Positions 1 through 13,515 of a stretch of DNA of 64,000 nucleotides are shown piece by piece. The notes under the pieces are model-generated. The model saw only the letters and a list, made by a program, of their open reading frames with translations. It did no database searches and had not been told where the DNA came from. The translations under genes and the position numbers were made by a program. Source of the stretch: Eledone cirrhosa (lineage: Eukaryota); assembly GCA_964016885.1 (NCBI GenBank), contig OZ024744.1, positions 3,410,001 to 3,474,000 of the forward strand, in the 5' to 3' direction. Positions within the stretch are counted from its first letter, which is position 1. Each line of letters starts with the position of its first letter.

Positions 1-3000
1 TAGCTTGGTGAAGAACGAAGTTTTGGGGGAAGACAAGGTAGAGAAAGATAGATTGGTGAAGAACGAAGTTTTGAGGGATGACAAGGTAGAGAAAGATGAC
101 TTGGTGAAGAACGAAGTTTTGGGGGAAGACAAGGTAGAGAAAGATAGTTTGGTGAAGAACGAAGTGTTGGGGGAAGACAAGGTAGAGAAAGATAGCTTGG
201 TGAAGAACGAAGTTTTGGGGGAAGACAAGGTAGAGAAAGATAGCTTGGTGAAGAACGAAGTTTTGAGGGAAGACAAGGTAGAGAAAGATAGCTTGGTGAA
301 GAACGACGTTTTGAGGGAAGACAAGGTAGAGAAAGATAGCTTGGTGAAGAACGACGTTTTGTGGGAAGACAAGGTAGAGAAAGATAGCTTGGTGAAGAAC
401 GATGTTTTGAGGGAAGACAAGGTAGAGAAAGATAGCTTGGTGAAGAACGACGTTTTGAGGGAAGACAAGGTAGAGAAAGATAGCTTGGTGAAGAACGACG
501 TTTTGTGGGAAGACAAGGTAGAAAAAGATAGCTTGGTGAAGAACGAAATTTTGGGGGAAGACAAGGTAGAGAAAGATAGCTTGCGAAGAACGAAGTTTTG
601 GGGGAAGACAAGGTAGAGAAAGATAGCTTGGTGAAGAACGAAGTTTTGAGGGAAGACAAGGTAGAGAAAGATAGCTTGGTGAAGAACGAAGTTATGGGGA
701 AGACAATGTAGAGAAAGATAGCTTGGTGAAGAACGAAGTTTTGGGGGAAGACAAGGTAGAGAAAGATAGCTTGGTGAAGAACGAAGTTCTGAGGGAAGAC
801 AAGGTAGAGAAAGATAGCTTGGTGAAGAACGAAGTTTTGGGAGAAGACAAGGTAGAGAAAGATATCTTGGTGAAGAACGAAGTTTTGACGGAAGACAAGG
901 TAGAGAAAGATAGCTTGGTGAAGAATGACGTTTTGTGGGAAGACAAGGTAGAGAAAGATAGGTTGGTGAAGAACGAAGTTTTGTGTGAAGACAAGCTAGA
1001 GAAAGATAGCTTGGTGAAGAACGAAGTTTTGGGGGAAGACAAGGTAGAGAAAGATAGATTGGTGAAGAACGAAGTTTTGAGGGATGACAAGGTAGAGAAA
1101 GATGACTTGGTGAAGAACGAAGTTTTGGGGGAAGACAAGGTAGAGAAAGATAGCTTGGTGAAGAACGAAGTTTTGGGGGAAGACAAGGTAGAGTAAGATA
1201 GCTTGGTGAAGAACGAAGTTTTGGGGGAAGACAAGGTAGAGAAAGATAGCTTGGTGAAGAACGATGTTTTGGGGAAGACAATGTAGAGAAAGATAGCTTG
1301 GTGAAGAACGAAGTTTTGAGGGAAGACAAGGTATAGAAAGATAGCTTGGTGAATAACGAAGTTTTGGGAGAAGACAAGGTCGAGAAAGATAGCTTGGTGA
1401 AGAACGAAGTTTTGAGGGAAAACAATGTAGAGAAAGATAGCTTGGTGAAGAACGAAGTTTTGGGGGAAGACAAGGTAGAGAAAGATAGCTTGGTGAAGAA
1501 CGAAGTTTTGGGGGAAGACAAGGTAGAGAAAGATAGCTTGGTGAAGGACGAAGTTTTGAGGGAAGACAAGGTAGAGAAAGATAGCTTGGTGAAGAACGAC
1601 GTTTTGTGGGAAGACAAGGTAGAGAAAGATAGCTTGGTGAAGAACGAAGTTTTGTGGGAAGACAAGGTAGAGAAAGATAGCTTGGTGAAGAACGAAGTTT
1701 TGGGGGAAGACAAGGTAGAGAAAGATAGCTTGGTGAAAAACGAAGTTTTGGGGGAAGACAAGGTAGACAAAGATAGCTTGGTGAACAACGAAGTTTTGGG
1801 GGAAGACAAGGTAGAGAAAGATAGCTTGGTGAAGAACGAAGTTTTGGGGAAGACAATGTAGAGAAAGATATATTGGTGAAGAACGAAGTTTTGTGGGAAG
1901 ACAAGGTAGAGAAAGATAGCTTGGTGAAGAACGAAGTTTTGAGGGAAGACAAGGTAGAGAAAGATAGCTTGGTGAATAACGAAGTTTTGGGAGAAGACAA
2001 GGTAGAGAAAGATAGCTTGGTGAAGAACGACGTTTTGAGGGAAGACAAGGTAGAGAAAGATAGCTTGGTGAAGAACGAAGTTTTGGGGAAGACAATGTAG
2101 AGAAAGATAGCTTGGTGAAGAACGAAGTTTTGGGGGAAGACAAGGTAGAGAAAGATAGCTTGGTGAAGAACGAAGTTTTGGGGGGAAGACAAGGTAGAGA
2201 ACGATAGCTTGGTGAAGAACGACGTTTTGAGGGAAGACAAGGTAGAGAAAGATAGCTTGGTGAAGAACGAAGTTATGGGGAAGACAATATAGAGAAAGAT
2301 AGCTTGGTGAAGAACGAAGTTTTGGGGGAAGACAAGGTAGAGAAAGATAGCTTGGTGAAGAACGATGTTTTGGGGAAGACAATGTAGAGAAAGATAGCTT
2401 GGTGAAGAACGAAGTTTTGGGGGAAGACAAGGTAGAGAAAGATAGCTTGGTGAAGAACGAAGTTTTGAGGGAAGACAAGGTATAGAAAGATAGCTTGGTG
2501 AATAACGAAGTTTTGGGAGAAGACAAGGTCGAGAAAGATAGCTTGGTGAAGAACGAAGTTTTGAGGGAAGACAATGTAGAGAAAGATAGCTTGGTGAAGA
2601 ACGAAGTTTTGGGGGAAGACAAGGTAGAGAAAGATAGCTTGGTGAAGAACGAAGTTTTGAGGGAAGACAAGGTAGAGAAAGATAGCTTGGTGAAGAACGA
2701 CGTTTTGTGGGAAGACAAGGTAGAGAAAGATAGCTTGGTGAAGAACGAAGTTTTGTGGGAAGACAAGGTAGAGAAAGATAGCTTGGTGAAGAACGAAGTT
2801 TTGGGGGAAGACAAGGTAGAGAAAGATAGCTTGGTGAAGAACGAAGTTTTGGGGGAAGACAAGGTAGAGAAAGATAGCTTGGTGAACAACGAAGTTTTGG
2901 GGGAAGACAAGGTAGAGAAAGATAGCTTGGTGAAGAACGAAGTTTTGGGGAAGACAATGTAGAGAAAGATATATTGGTGAAGAACGAAGTTTTGGGGGAA

Positions 3001-6000
3001 GACAAGGTAGAGAAAGATAGCTTGGTGAAGAACGAAGTTTTGAGGGAAGACAAGGTAGAGAAAGATAGCTTGGTGAATAACGAAGTTTTGGGAGAAGACA
3101 AGGTAGAGAAAGATAGCGTGGTGAAGAACGACGTTTTGAGGGAAGACAAGGTAGAGAAAGATAGCTTGGTGAAGAACGAAGTTTTGGGGGAAGACAAGGT
3201 AGAGAAAGATAGCTTGGTGAAGAACGAAGTTTTGGGGAAGACAATGTAGAGAAAGATAGCTTGGTGAAGAACGAAGTTTTGGGGGAAGACAAGGTAGAGA
3301 AAGATAGCTTGGTGAAGAACGAAGTTTTGGGGGGAAGACAAGGTAGAGAAAGATAGCTTGGTGAAGAACGACGTTTTGAGGGAAGACAAGGTAGAGAAAG
3401 ATAGCTTGGTGAAGAACGAAGTTATGGGGAAGACAATGTAGAGAAAGATAGCTTGGTGAAGAACGAAGTTTTGGGGGAAGACAAGGTAGACAAAGATAGC
3501 TTGGTGAAGAACGAAGTTCTGAGGGAAGACAAGGTAGAGAAAGATAGCTTGGTGAAGAACGAAGTTTTGGGAGAAGACAAGGTAGAGAAAGATATCTTGG
3601 TGAAGAACGAAGTTTTGACGGAAGACAAGGTAGAGAAAGATAGCTTGGTGAAGAATGACGTTTTGTGGGAAGACAAGGTAGAGAAAGATAGGTTGGTGAA
3701 GAACGAAGTTTTGTGTGAAGACAAGCTAGAGAAAGATAGCTTGGTGAAGAACGAAGTTTTGGGGGAAGACAAGGTAGAGAAAGATAGATTGGTGAAGAAC
3801 GAAGTTTTGAGGGATGACAAGGTAGAGAGAAGATGACTTGGTGAAGAACGAAGTTTTGGGGGAAGACAAGGTAGAGAAAGATAGCTTGGTGAAGAACGAA
3901 GTTTTGGGGGAAGACAAGGTAGAGAAAGATAGCTTGGTGAATAACGAAGTTTTCGGAGAAGACAAGGTCGAGAAAGATAGCTTGGTGAAGAACGAAGTTT
4001 TGAGGGAAAACAATGTAGAGAAAGATAGCTTGGTGAAGAACGAAGTTTTGGGGGAAGACAAGGTAGAGAAAGATAGCTTGGTGAAGAACGAAGTTTTGGG
4101 GGAAGACAAGGTAGAGAAAGATAGCTTGGTGAAGGACGAAGTTTTGAGGGAAGACAAGGTAGAGAAAGATAGCTTGGTGAAGAACGACGTTTTGTGGGAA
4201 GACAAGGTAGAGAAAGATAGCTTGGTGAAGAACGAAGTTTTGTGGGAAGACAAGGTAGAGAAAGATAGCTTGGTGAAGAACGAAGTTTTGGGGGAAGACA
4301 AGGTAGAGAAAGATAGCTTGGTGAAAAACGAAGTTTTGGGGGAAGACAAGGTAGAGAAAGATAGCTTGGTGAACAACGAAGTTTTGGGGGAAGACAAGGT
4401 AGAGAAAGATAGCTTGGTGAAGAACGAAGTTTTGGGGAAGACAATGTAGAGAAAGATATATTGGTGAAGAACGAAGTTTTGGGGGAAGACAAGGTAGAGA
4501 AAGATAGCTTGGTGAAGAACGAAGTTTTGAGGGAAGACAAGGTAGAGAAAGATAGCTTGGTGAATAACGAAGTTTCGGGAGAAGACAATGTAGAGAAAGA
4601 TAGCTTGGTGAAGAACGACGTTTTGAGGGAAGACAAGGTAGAGAAAGATAGCTTGGTGAAGAACGAAGTTTTGGGGAAGACAATGTAGAGAAAGATAGCT
4701 TGGTGAAGAACGAAGTTTTGGGGGAAGACAAGGTAGAGAAAGATAGCTTGGTGAAGAACGAAGTTTTGGGGGGAAGACAAGGTAGAGAAAGATAGCTTGG
4801 TGAAGAACGACGTTTTGAGGGAAGACAAGGTAGAGAAAGATAGCTTGGTGAAGAACGAAGTTATGGGGAAGACAATGTAGAGAAAGATAGCTTGGTGAAG
4901 AACGAAGTTTTGGGGGAAGACAAGGTAGAGAAAGATAGCTTGGTGAAGAACGAAGTTCTGAGGGAAGACAAGGTAGAGAAAGATAGCTTGGTGAAGAACG
5001 AAGTTTTGGGAGAAGACACGGTAGAGAAAGATATCTTGGTGAAGAACGAAGTTTTGACGGAAGACAAGGTAGAGAAAGATAGCTTGGTGAAGAATGACGT
5101 TTTGTGGGAAGACAAGGTAGAGAAAGATAGGTTGGTGAAGAACGAAGTTTTGTTGGAAGACAAGCTAGAGAAAGATAGCTTGGTGAAGAACGAAGTTTTG
5201 GGGGAAGACAAGGTAGAGAAAGATAGATTGGTGAAGAACGAAGTTTTGAGGGATGACAAGGTAGAGAAAGATGACTTGGTGAAGAACGAAGTTTTGGGGG
5301 AAGACAAGGTAGAGAAAGATAGCTTGGTGAAGAACGAAGTGTTGGGGGAAGACAAGGTAGAGAAAGATAGCTTGGTGAAGAACGAAGTTTTGGGGGAAGA
5401 CAAGGTAGAGAAAGATAGCTTGGTGAAGAACGAAGTTTTGAGGGAAGACAAGGTAGAGAAAGATAGCTTGGTGAAGAACGACGTTTTGAGGGAAGACAAG
5501 GTAGAGAAAGATAGCTTGGTGAAGAACGACGTTTTGTGGGAAGACAAGGTAGAGAAAGATAGCTTGGTGAAGAACGATGTTTTGAGGGAAGGCAAGGTAG
5601 AGAAAGATAGCTTGGTGAAGAACGACGTTTTGAGGGAAGACAAGGTAGAGAAAGATAGCTTGGTGAAGAACGACGTTTTGTGGGAAGACAAGGTAGAAAA
5701 AGATAGCTTGGTGAAGAACGAAGTTTTGGGGGAAGACAAGGTAGAGAAAGATAGCTTGCGAAGAACGAAGTTTTGGGGGAAGACAAGGTAGAGAAAGATA
5801 GCTTGGTGAAGAACGAAGTTTTGGGGGAGGACAAGGTAGAGAAAGATAGCTTGGTGAAGAACGACGTTTTGAGGGAAGACAAGGTAGAGAAAGATAGCTT
5901 GGTGAAGAACGAAGTTTTGACGGAAGACAAGGTAGAGAAAGATAGCTTGGTGAAGAATGACGTTTTGTGGGAAGACAAGGTAGAGAAAGATAGCTTGGTG

Positions 6001-8389
6001 AAGAACGAAGTTTTGAGGGAAGACAAGGTAGAGAAAGATAGCTTGGTGAATAACGAAGTTTTGGGGAAGACAATGTAGAGAAAGATATATTGGTGAAGAA
6101 CGATGTTTTGGGGGAAGACAAGGTAGAGAAAGATAGCTTGGTGAAGAACGAAGTTTTGGGGGGAAGACAAGGTAGAGAAAGATAGCTTGGTGAAGAACGA
6201 CGTTTTGAGGGAAGACAAGGTAGAGAAAGATAGCTTGGTGAAGAACGAAGTTATGGGGAAGACAATGTAGAGAAAGATAGCTTGGTGAAGAACGAAGTTT
6301 TGGGGGAAGACAAGGTAGAGAAAGATAGCTTGGTGAAGAACGATGTTTTGGGGAAGACAATGTAGAGAAAGATAGCTTGGTGAAGAACGAAGTTTTGGGG
6401 GAAGACAAGGTAGAGAAAGATAGCTTGGTGAAGAACGAAGTTTTGAGGGAAGACAAGGTAGAGAAAGATTGCTTGGTGAATAACGAAGTTTTGGGAGAAG
6501 ACAAGGTCGAGAAAGATAGCTTGGTGAAGAACGAAGTTTTGAGGGAAGACAATGTAGAGAAAGATAGCTTGGTGAAGAACGAAGTTTTGGGGGAAGACAA
6601 GGTAGAGAAAGATAGCTTGGTGAAGAACGAAGTTTTGAGGGAAGACAAGGTAGAGAAAGATAGCTTGGTGAAGAACGACGTTTTGTGGGAAGACAAGGTA
6701 GAGAAAGATAGCTTGGTGAAGAACGAAGTTTTGTGGGAAGACAAGGTAGAGAAAGATAGCTTGGTGAAGAACGAAGTTTTGGGGGAAGACAAGGTAGAGA
6801 AAGATAGCTTGGTGAAGAACGAAGTTTTGGGGGAAGACAAGGTAGAGAAAGATAGCTTGGTGAACAACGAAGTTTTGGGGGAAGACAAGGTAGAGAAAGA
6901 TAGCTTGGTGAAGAACGAAGTTTTGGGGAAGACAATGTAGAGAAAGATATATTGGTGAAGAACGAAGTTTTGGGGGAAGACAAGGTAGAGAAAGATAGCT
7001 TGGTGAAGAACGAAGTTTTGAGGGAAGACAAGGTAGAGAAAGATAGCTTGGTGAATAACGAAGTTTTGGGAGAAGACAAGGTAGAGAAAGATAGCGTGGT
7101 GAAGAACGACGTTTTGAGGGAAGACAAGGTAGAGAAAGATAGCTTGGTGAAGAACGAAGTTTTGGGGGAAGACAAGGTAGAGAAAGATAGCTTGGTGAAG
7201 AACGAAGTTTTGGGGAAGACAATGTAGAGAAAGATAGCTTGGTGAAGAACGAAGTTTTGAGGGAAGACAAGGTATAGAAAGATAGCTTGGTGAATAACGA
7301 AGTTTTGGGAGAAGACAAGGTCGAGAAAGATAGCTTAGTGAAGAACGAAGTTTTGAGGGAAAACAATGTAGAGAAAGATAGCTTGGTGAAGAACGAAGTT
7401 TTGGGGGAAGACAAGGTAGAGAAAGATAGCTTGGTGAAGAACGAAGTTTTGGGGGAAGACAAGGTAGAGAAAGATAGCTTGGTGAAGGACGAAGTTTTGA
7501 GGGAAGACAAGGTAGAGAAAGATAGCTTGGTGAAGAACGACGTTTTGTGGGAAGACAAGGTAGAGAAAGATAGCTTGGTGAAGAACGAAGTTTTGTGGGA
7601 AGACAAGGTAGAGAAAGATAGCTTGGTGAAGAACGAAGTTTTGGGGGAAGACAAGGTAGAGAAAGATAGCTTGGTGAAAAACGAAGTTTTGGGGGAAGAC
7701 AAGGTAGAGAAAGATAGCTTGGTGAACAACGAAGTTTTGGGGGAAGACAAGGTAGAGAAAGATAGCTTGGTGAAGAACGAAGTTTTGGGGAAGACAATGT
7801 AGAGAAAGATATATTGGTGAAGAACGAAGTTTTGGGGGAAGACAAGGTAGAGAAAGATAGCTTGGTGAAGAACGAAGTTTTGAGGGAAGACAAGGTAGAG
7901 AAAGATAGCTTGGTGAATAACGAAGTTTTGGGAGAAGACAAGGTAGAGAAAGATAGCTTGGTGAAGAACGAAGTTTTGGGGAAGACAATGTAGAGAAAGA
8001 TAGCTTGGTGAAGAACGAAGTTTTGGGGGAAGACAAGGTAGAGAAAGATAGCTTGGTGAAGAACGAAGTTTTGGGGGGAAGACAAGGTAGAGAAAGATAG
8101 CTTGGTGAAGAACGACGTTTTGAGGGAAGACAAGGTAGAGAAAGATAGCTTGGTGAAGAACGCAGTTATGGGGAAGACAATGTAGAGAAAGATAGCTTGG
8201 TGAAGAACGAAGTTTTGGGGGAAGACAAGGTAGAGAAAGATAGCTTGGTGAAGAACGAAGTTCTGAGGGAAGACAAGGTAGAGAAAGATAGCTTGGTGAA
8301 GAACGAAGTTTTGGGAGAAGACACGGTAGAGAAAGATATCTTGGTGAAGAACGAAGTTTTGACGGAAGACAAGGTAGAGAAAGATAGCT

Positions 8390-11300
8390 TGGTGAAGAAT
8401 GACGTTTTGTGGGAAGACAAGGTAGAGAAAGATATGTTGGTGAAGAACGAAGTTTTGTTGGAAGACAAGCTAGAGAAAGATAGCTTGGTGAAGAACGAAG
8501 TGTTGGGGGAAGACAAGGTAGAGAAAGATAGATTGGTGAAGAACGAAGTTTTGAGGGATGACAAGGTAGAGAAAGATGACTTGGTGAAGAACGAAGTTTT
8601 GGGGGAAGACAAGGTAGAGAAAGATAGCTTGGTGAAGAACGAAGTGTTGGGGGAAGACAAGGTAGAGAAAGATAGCTTGGTGAAGAACGAAGTTTTGGGG
8701 GAAGACAAGGTAGAGAAAGATAGCTTGGTGAAGAACGAAGTTTTGAGGGAAGACAAGGTAGAGAAAGATAGCTTGGTGAAGAACGACGTTTTGAGGGAAG
8801 ACAAGGTAGAGAAAGATAGCTTGGTGAAGAACGACGTTTTGTGGGAAGACAAGGTAGAGAAAGATAGCTTGGTGAAGAACGATGTTTTGAGGGAAGACAA
8901 GGTAGAGAAAGATAGCTTGGTGAAGAACGACGTTTTGAGGGAAGACAAGGTAGAGAAAGATAGCTTGGTGAAGAACGACGTTTTGTGGGAAGACAAGGTA
9001 GAAAAGGATAGCTTGGTGAAGAACGAAGTTTTGGGGGAAGACAAGGTAGAGAAAGATAGCTTGGTGAAGAACGATGTTTTGGGGGAGGACAAGGTAGAGA
9101 AAGATAGCTTGGTGAAGAACGACGTTTTGAGGGAAGACAAGGTAGAGAAAGATAGCTTGGTGAAGAACGAAGTTTTGACGGAAGACAAGGTAGAGAAAGA
9201 TAGCTTGGTGAAGAATGACGTTTTGTGGGAAGACAAGGTAGAGAAAGATAGCTTGGTGAAGAACGAAGTTTTGAGGGAAGACAAGGTAGAGAAAGATAGC
9301 TTGGTGAATAACGAAGTTTTGGGGAAGACAATGTAGAGAAAGATATATTGGTGAAGAACGAAGTTTTGGGGGAAGACAAGGTAGAGAAAGATAGCTTGGT
9401 GAAGAACGAAGTTTTGAGGGAAGACAAGGTAGAGAAAGATAGCTTGGTGAATAACGAAGTTTTGGGAGAAGACAAGGTAGAGAAAGATAGCTTGGTGAAG
9501 AACGACGTTTTGAGGGAAGACAAGGTAGAGAAAGATAGCTTGGTGAAGAACGAAGTTTTGGGGAAGACAATGTAGAGAAAGATAGCTTGGTGAAGAACGA
9601 AGTTTTGGGGGAAGACAAGGTAGAGAAAGATAGCTTGGTGAAGAACGAAGTTTTGGGGGAAGACAAGGTAGAGAAAGATAGCTTGGTGAAGAACGAAGTT
9701 TTGGGGGTAGACAAGGTAGAGAAAGATAGCTTGGTGAAGAACGAAGTTTTGGGGGAAATCAAGGTAGAGAATAATAGTTTGGTGAAGAACGAAGATTTGG
9801 GGGAAGACAAGGTAGAGAAAGATAGCTTGGTGAAGAACGACGTTTTGAGGGAAGACAAGGTAGAGAAAGATAGCTTGGTGAAGAACGAAGTTTTGGGGAA
9901 GACAATGTAGAGAAAGATAGCTTGGTGAAGAACGAAATTTTGGGGGAAGACAAGGTAGAGAAAGATAGCTTGGTGAAGAACGAAGTTTTGGGAGAAGACA
10001 AGGTAGAGAAAGATAGCTTGGTGAAGAACGAAGTTTTGAGGGAAGACAAGGTAGAGAAAGATAGCTTGGTGAAGAACGACGTTTTGAGGTTAGACAAGGT
10101 AGAGAAAGATAGCTTGGTGAAGAACGACGTTTTGTGGGAAGATAAGGTAGAGAAAGATAGCTTGGTGAAGAACGAAGTTTTGGGGGAAGACAAGGTAGAG
10201 AAAGATAGCTTGGTGAAGAACGAAGTTTTGGGGGAAGACAAGGTAGAGAAAGATAGCTTGGTGAAGAACGAAGTTTTGGGGGAAGACAAGGTAGAGAAAG
10301 ATAGCTTGGTGAAGAACGAAGTTTTGGGGGAAGACAAGGTAGAGAAAGATAGCTTGGTGAAGAACGAAGTTTTGAGGGAAGGCAAGGTAGAGGAAGATAG
10401 CTTGGTGAAGAACGACGTTTTGAGGGAAGACAAGGTAGAGAAAGATAGCTTGGTGAAGAATGACGTTTTGTGGGAAGACAAGGTAGAGAAAGATAGGTTG
10501 GTGAAGAACGAAGTTTTGTTGGAAGACAAGCTAGAGAAAGATAGCTTGGTGAAGAACGAAGTTTTGGGGGAAGACAAGGTAGAGAAAGATAGATTGGTGA
10601 AGAACGAAGTTTTGAGGGATGACAAGGTAGAGAAAGATGACTTGGTGAAGAACGAAGTTTTGGGGGAAGACAAGGTAGAGAAAGATAGCTTGGTGAAGAA
10701 CGAAGTGTTGGGGGAAGACAAGGTAGAGAAAGATAGCTTGGTGAAGAACGAAGTTTTGGGGGAAGACAAGGTAGAGAAAGATAGCTTGGTGAAGAACGAA
10801 GTTTTGAGGGAAGACATGGTAGAGAAAGATAGCTTGGTGAAGAACGACGTTTTGAGGGAAGACAAGGTAGAGAAAGATAGCTTGGTGAAGAACGACGTTT
10901 TGTGGGAAGACAAGGTAGAGAAAGATAGCTTGGTGAAGAACGATGTTTTGAGGGAAGACAAGGTAGAGAAAGATAGCTTGGTGAAGAACGACGTTTTGAG
11001 GGAAGACAAGGTAGAGAAAGATAGCTTGGTGAAGAACGACGTTTTGTGGGAAGACAAGGTAGAAAAAGATAGCTTGGTGAAGAACGAAGTTTTGGGGGAA
11101 GACAAGGTAGAGAAAGATAGCTTGCGAAGAACGAAGTTTTGGGGGAAGACAAGGTAGAGAAAGATAGCTTGGTGAAGAACGAAGTTTTGGGGGAGGACAA
11201 GGTAGAGAAAGATAGCTTGGTGAAGAACGACGTTTTGAGGGAAGACAAGGTAGAGAAAGATAGCTTGGTGAAGAACGAAGTTTTGACGGAAGACAAGGTA

Positions 11301-12500
11301 GAGAAAGATAGCTTGGTGAAGAATGACGTTTTGTGGGAAGACAAGGTAGAGAAAGATAGCTTGGTGAAGAACGAAGTTTTGAGGGAAGACAAGGTAGAGA
11401 AAGATAGCTTGGTGAATAACGAAGTTTTGGGGAAGACAATGTAGAGAAAGATATATTGGTGAAGAACGAAGTTTTGGGGGAAGACAAGGTAGAGAAAGAT
11501 AGCTTGGTGAAGAACGAAGTTTTGAGGGAAGACAAGGTAGAGAAAGATAGCTTGGTGAATAACGAAGTTTTGGGAGAAAACAAGGTAGAGAAAGATAGCT
11601 TGGTGAAGAACGACGTTTTGAGGGAAGACAAGGTAGAGAAAGATAGCTTGGTGAAGAACGAAGTTTTGGGGAAGACAATGTAGAGAAAGATAGCTTGGTG
11701 AAGAACGAAGTTTTGGGGGAAGACAAGGTAGAGAAAGATAGCTTGGTGAAGAACGAAGTTTTGGGGGAAGACAAGGTAGAGAAAGATAGCTTGGTGAAGA
11801 ACGAAGTTTTGGGGGTAGACAAGGTAGAGAAAGATAGCTTGGTGAAGAACGAAGTTTTGGGGGAAATCAAGGTAGAGAATAATAGTTTGGTGAAGAACGA
11901 AGATTTGGGGGAAGACAAGGTAGAGAAAGATAGCTTGGTGAAGAACGACGTTTTGAGGGAAGACAAGGTAGAGAAAGATAGCTTGGTGAAGAACGAAGTT
12001 TTGGGGAAGACAATGTAGAGAAAGATAGCTTGGTGAAGAACGAAATTTTGGGGGAAGACAAGGTAGAGAAAGATAGCTTGGTGAAGAACGAAGTTTTGGG
12101 AGAAGACAAGGTAGAGAAAGATAGCTTGGTGAAGAACGAAGTTTTGAGGGAAGACAAGGTAGAGAAAGATAGCTTGGTGAAGAACGACGTTTTGAGGTTA
12201 GACAAGGTAGAGAAAGATAGCTTGGTGAAGAACGACGTTTTGTGGGAAGATAAGGTAGAGAAAGATAGCTTGGTGAAGAACGAAGTTTTGGGGGAAGACA
12301 AGGTAGAGAAAGATAGCTTGGTGAAGAACGAAGTTTTGGGGGAAGACAAGGTAGAGAAAGATAGCTTGGTGAAGAACGAAGTTTTGGGGGAAGACAAGGT
12401 AGAGAAAGATAGCTTGGTGAAGAACGAAGTTTTGGGGGAAGACAAGGTAGAGAAAGATAGCTTGGTGAAGAACGAAGTTTTGAGGGAAGGCAAGGTAGAG
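8390..12500 (+). repeat. Imperfect tandem duplication, offset 2,061-2,108 bp (43-44 monomers)
   Basis: Blocks starting at 9348/9587/9922 recur at 11456/11695/12030 (offset 2,108). Upstream markers (GTTGGAAGACAAGCTAG, GATGACTTGG, GAAGTGTTG) recur at an offset of about 2,061. The difference is one extra 47-bp TTGCGAAG monomer at 11122. Confidence 0.7.
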
Positions 12501-13515
12501 GAAGATAGCTTGGTGAATAACAAAGTTTTGGGAGAAGACAAGGTCGAGAAAGATAGCTTGGTGAAGAACGACGTTTTGAGGGAAGACAAGGTAGAGAAAG
12601 ATAGCTTGGTGAAGAACGAAGTTTTGGGGAAGACAATGTAGAGAAAGATAGCTTGGTGAAGAACGAAGTTTTGGGGGAAGACAAGGTAGAGAAAGATAGC
12701 TTGGTGAAGAACGAAGTTTTGGGGGAAGACAAGGTAGAGAAAGATAGCTTGGTGAAGAACGAAGTTTTGGGGGTAGACAAGGTAGAGAAAGATAGCTTGG
12801 TGAAGAACGAAGTTTTGGGGGAAATCAAGGTAGAGAATAATAGTTTGGTGAAGAACGAAGATTTGGGGGAAGACAAGGTAGAGAAAGATAGCTTGGTGAA
12901 GAACGACGTTTTGAGGGAAGACAAGGTAGAGAAAGATAGCTTGGTGAAGAACGAAGTTTTGGGGAAGACAATGTAGAGAAAGATAGCTTGGTGAAGAACG
13001 AAATTTTGGGGGAAGACAAGGTAGAGAAAGATAGCTTGGTGAAGAACGAAGTTTTGGGAGAAGACAAGGTAGAGAAAGATAGCTTGGTGAAGAACGAAGT
13101 TTTGAGGGAAGACAAGGTAGAGAAAGATAGCCTGGTGAAGAACGACGTTTTGAGGTTAGACAAGGTAGAGAAAGATAGCTTGGTGAAGAACGACGTTTTG
13201 TGGGAAGATAAGGTAGAGAAAGATAGCTTGGTGAAGAACGAAGTTTTGGGGGAAGACAAGGTAGAGAAAGATAGCTTGGTGAAGAACGAAGTTTTGGGGG
13301 AAGACAAGGTAGAGAAAGATAGCTTGGTGAAGAACGAAGTTTTGGGGGAAGACAAGGTAGAGAAAGATAGCTTGGTGAAGAACGAAGTTTTGGGGGAAGA
13401 CAAGGTAGAGAAAGATAGCTTGGTGAAGAACGAAGTTTTGAGGGAAGGCAAGGTAGAGGAAGATAGCTTGGTGAATAACAAAGTTTTGGGAGAAGACAAG
13501 GTCGAGAAAGATAGC
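11600..13515 (+). repeat. Tandem duplication, period 958 bp (20 monomers), nested in the 4,694-bp unit and repeated at 16294-18209
   Basis: 11695>12653 and 12030>12988 are both +958. The GGCAAGGTAGAGGAAG marker is in both copies. 20x48-2=958. Confidence 0.85.

Noticed and set aside
4-20. CENP-B box-like motif on the minus strand (CTTCGTTCTTCACCAAG)
   Set aside because: It shares CTTCGTT with the human box CTTCGTTGGAAACGGGA but lacks the essential A10 and the GGG of CGGG.
21-29. TTTTGGGG resembling the hypotrich ciliate telomere repeat
   Set aside because: It is a single non-tandem occurrence per monomer and is often disrupted by variants; the rest of the monomer is not telomere-like.
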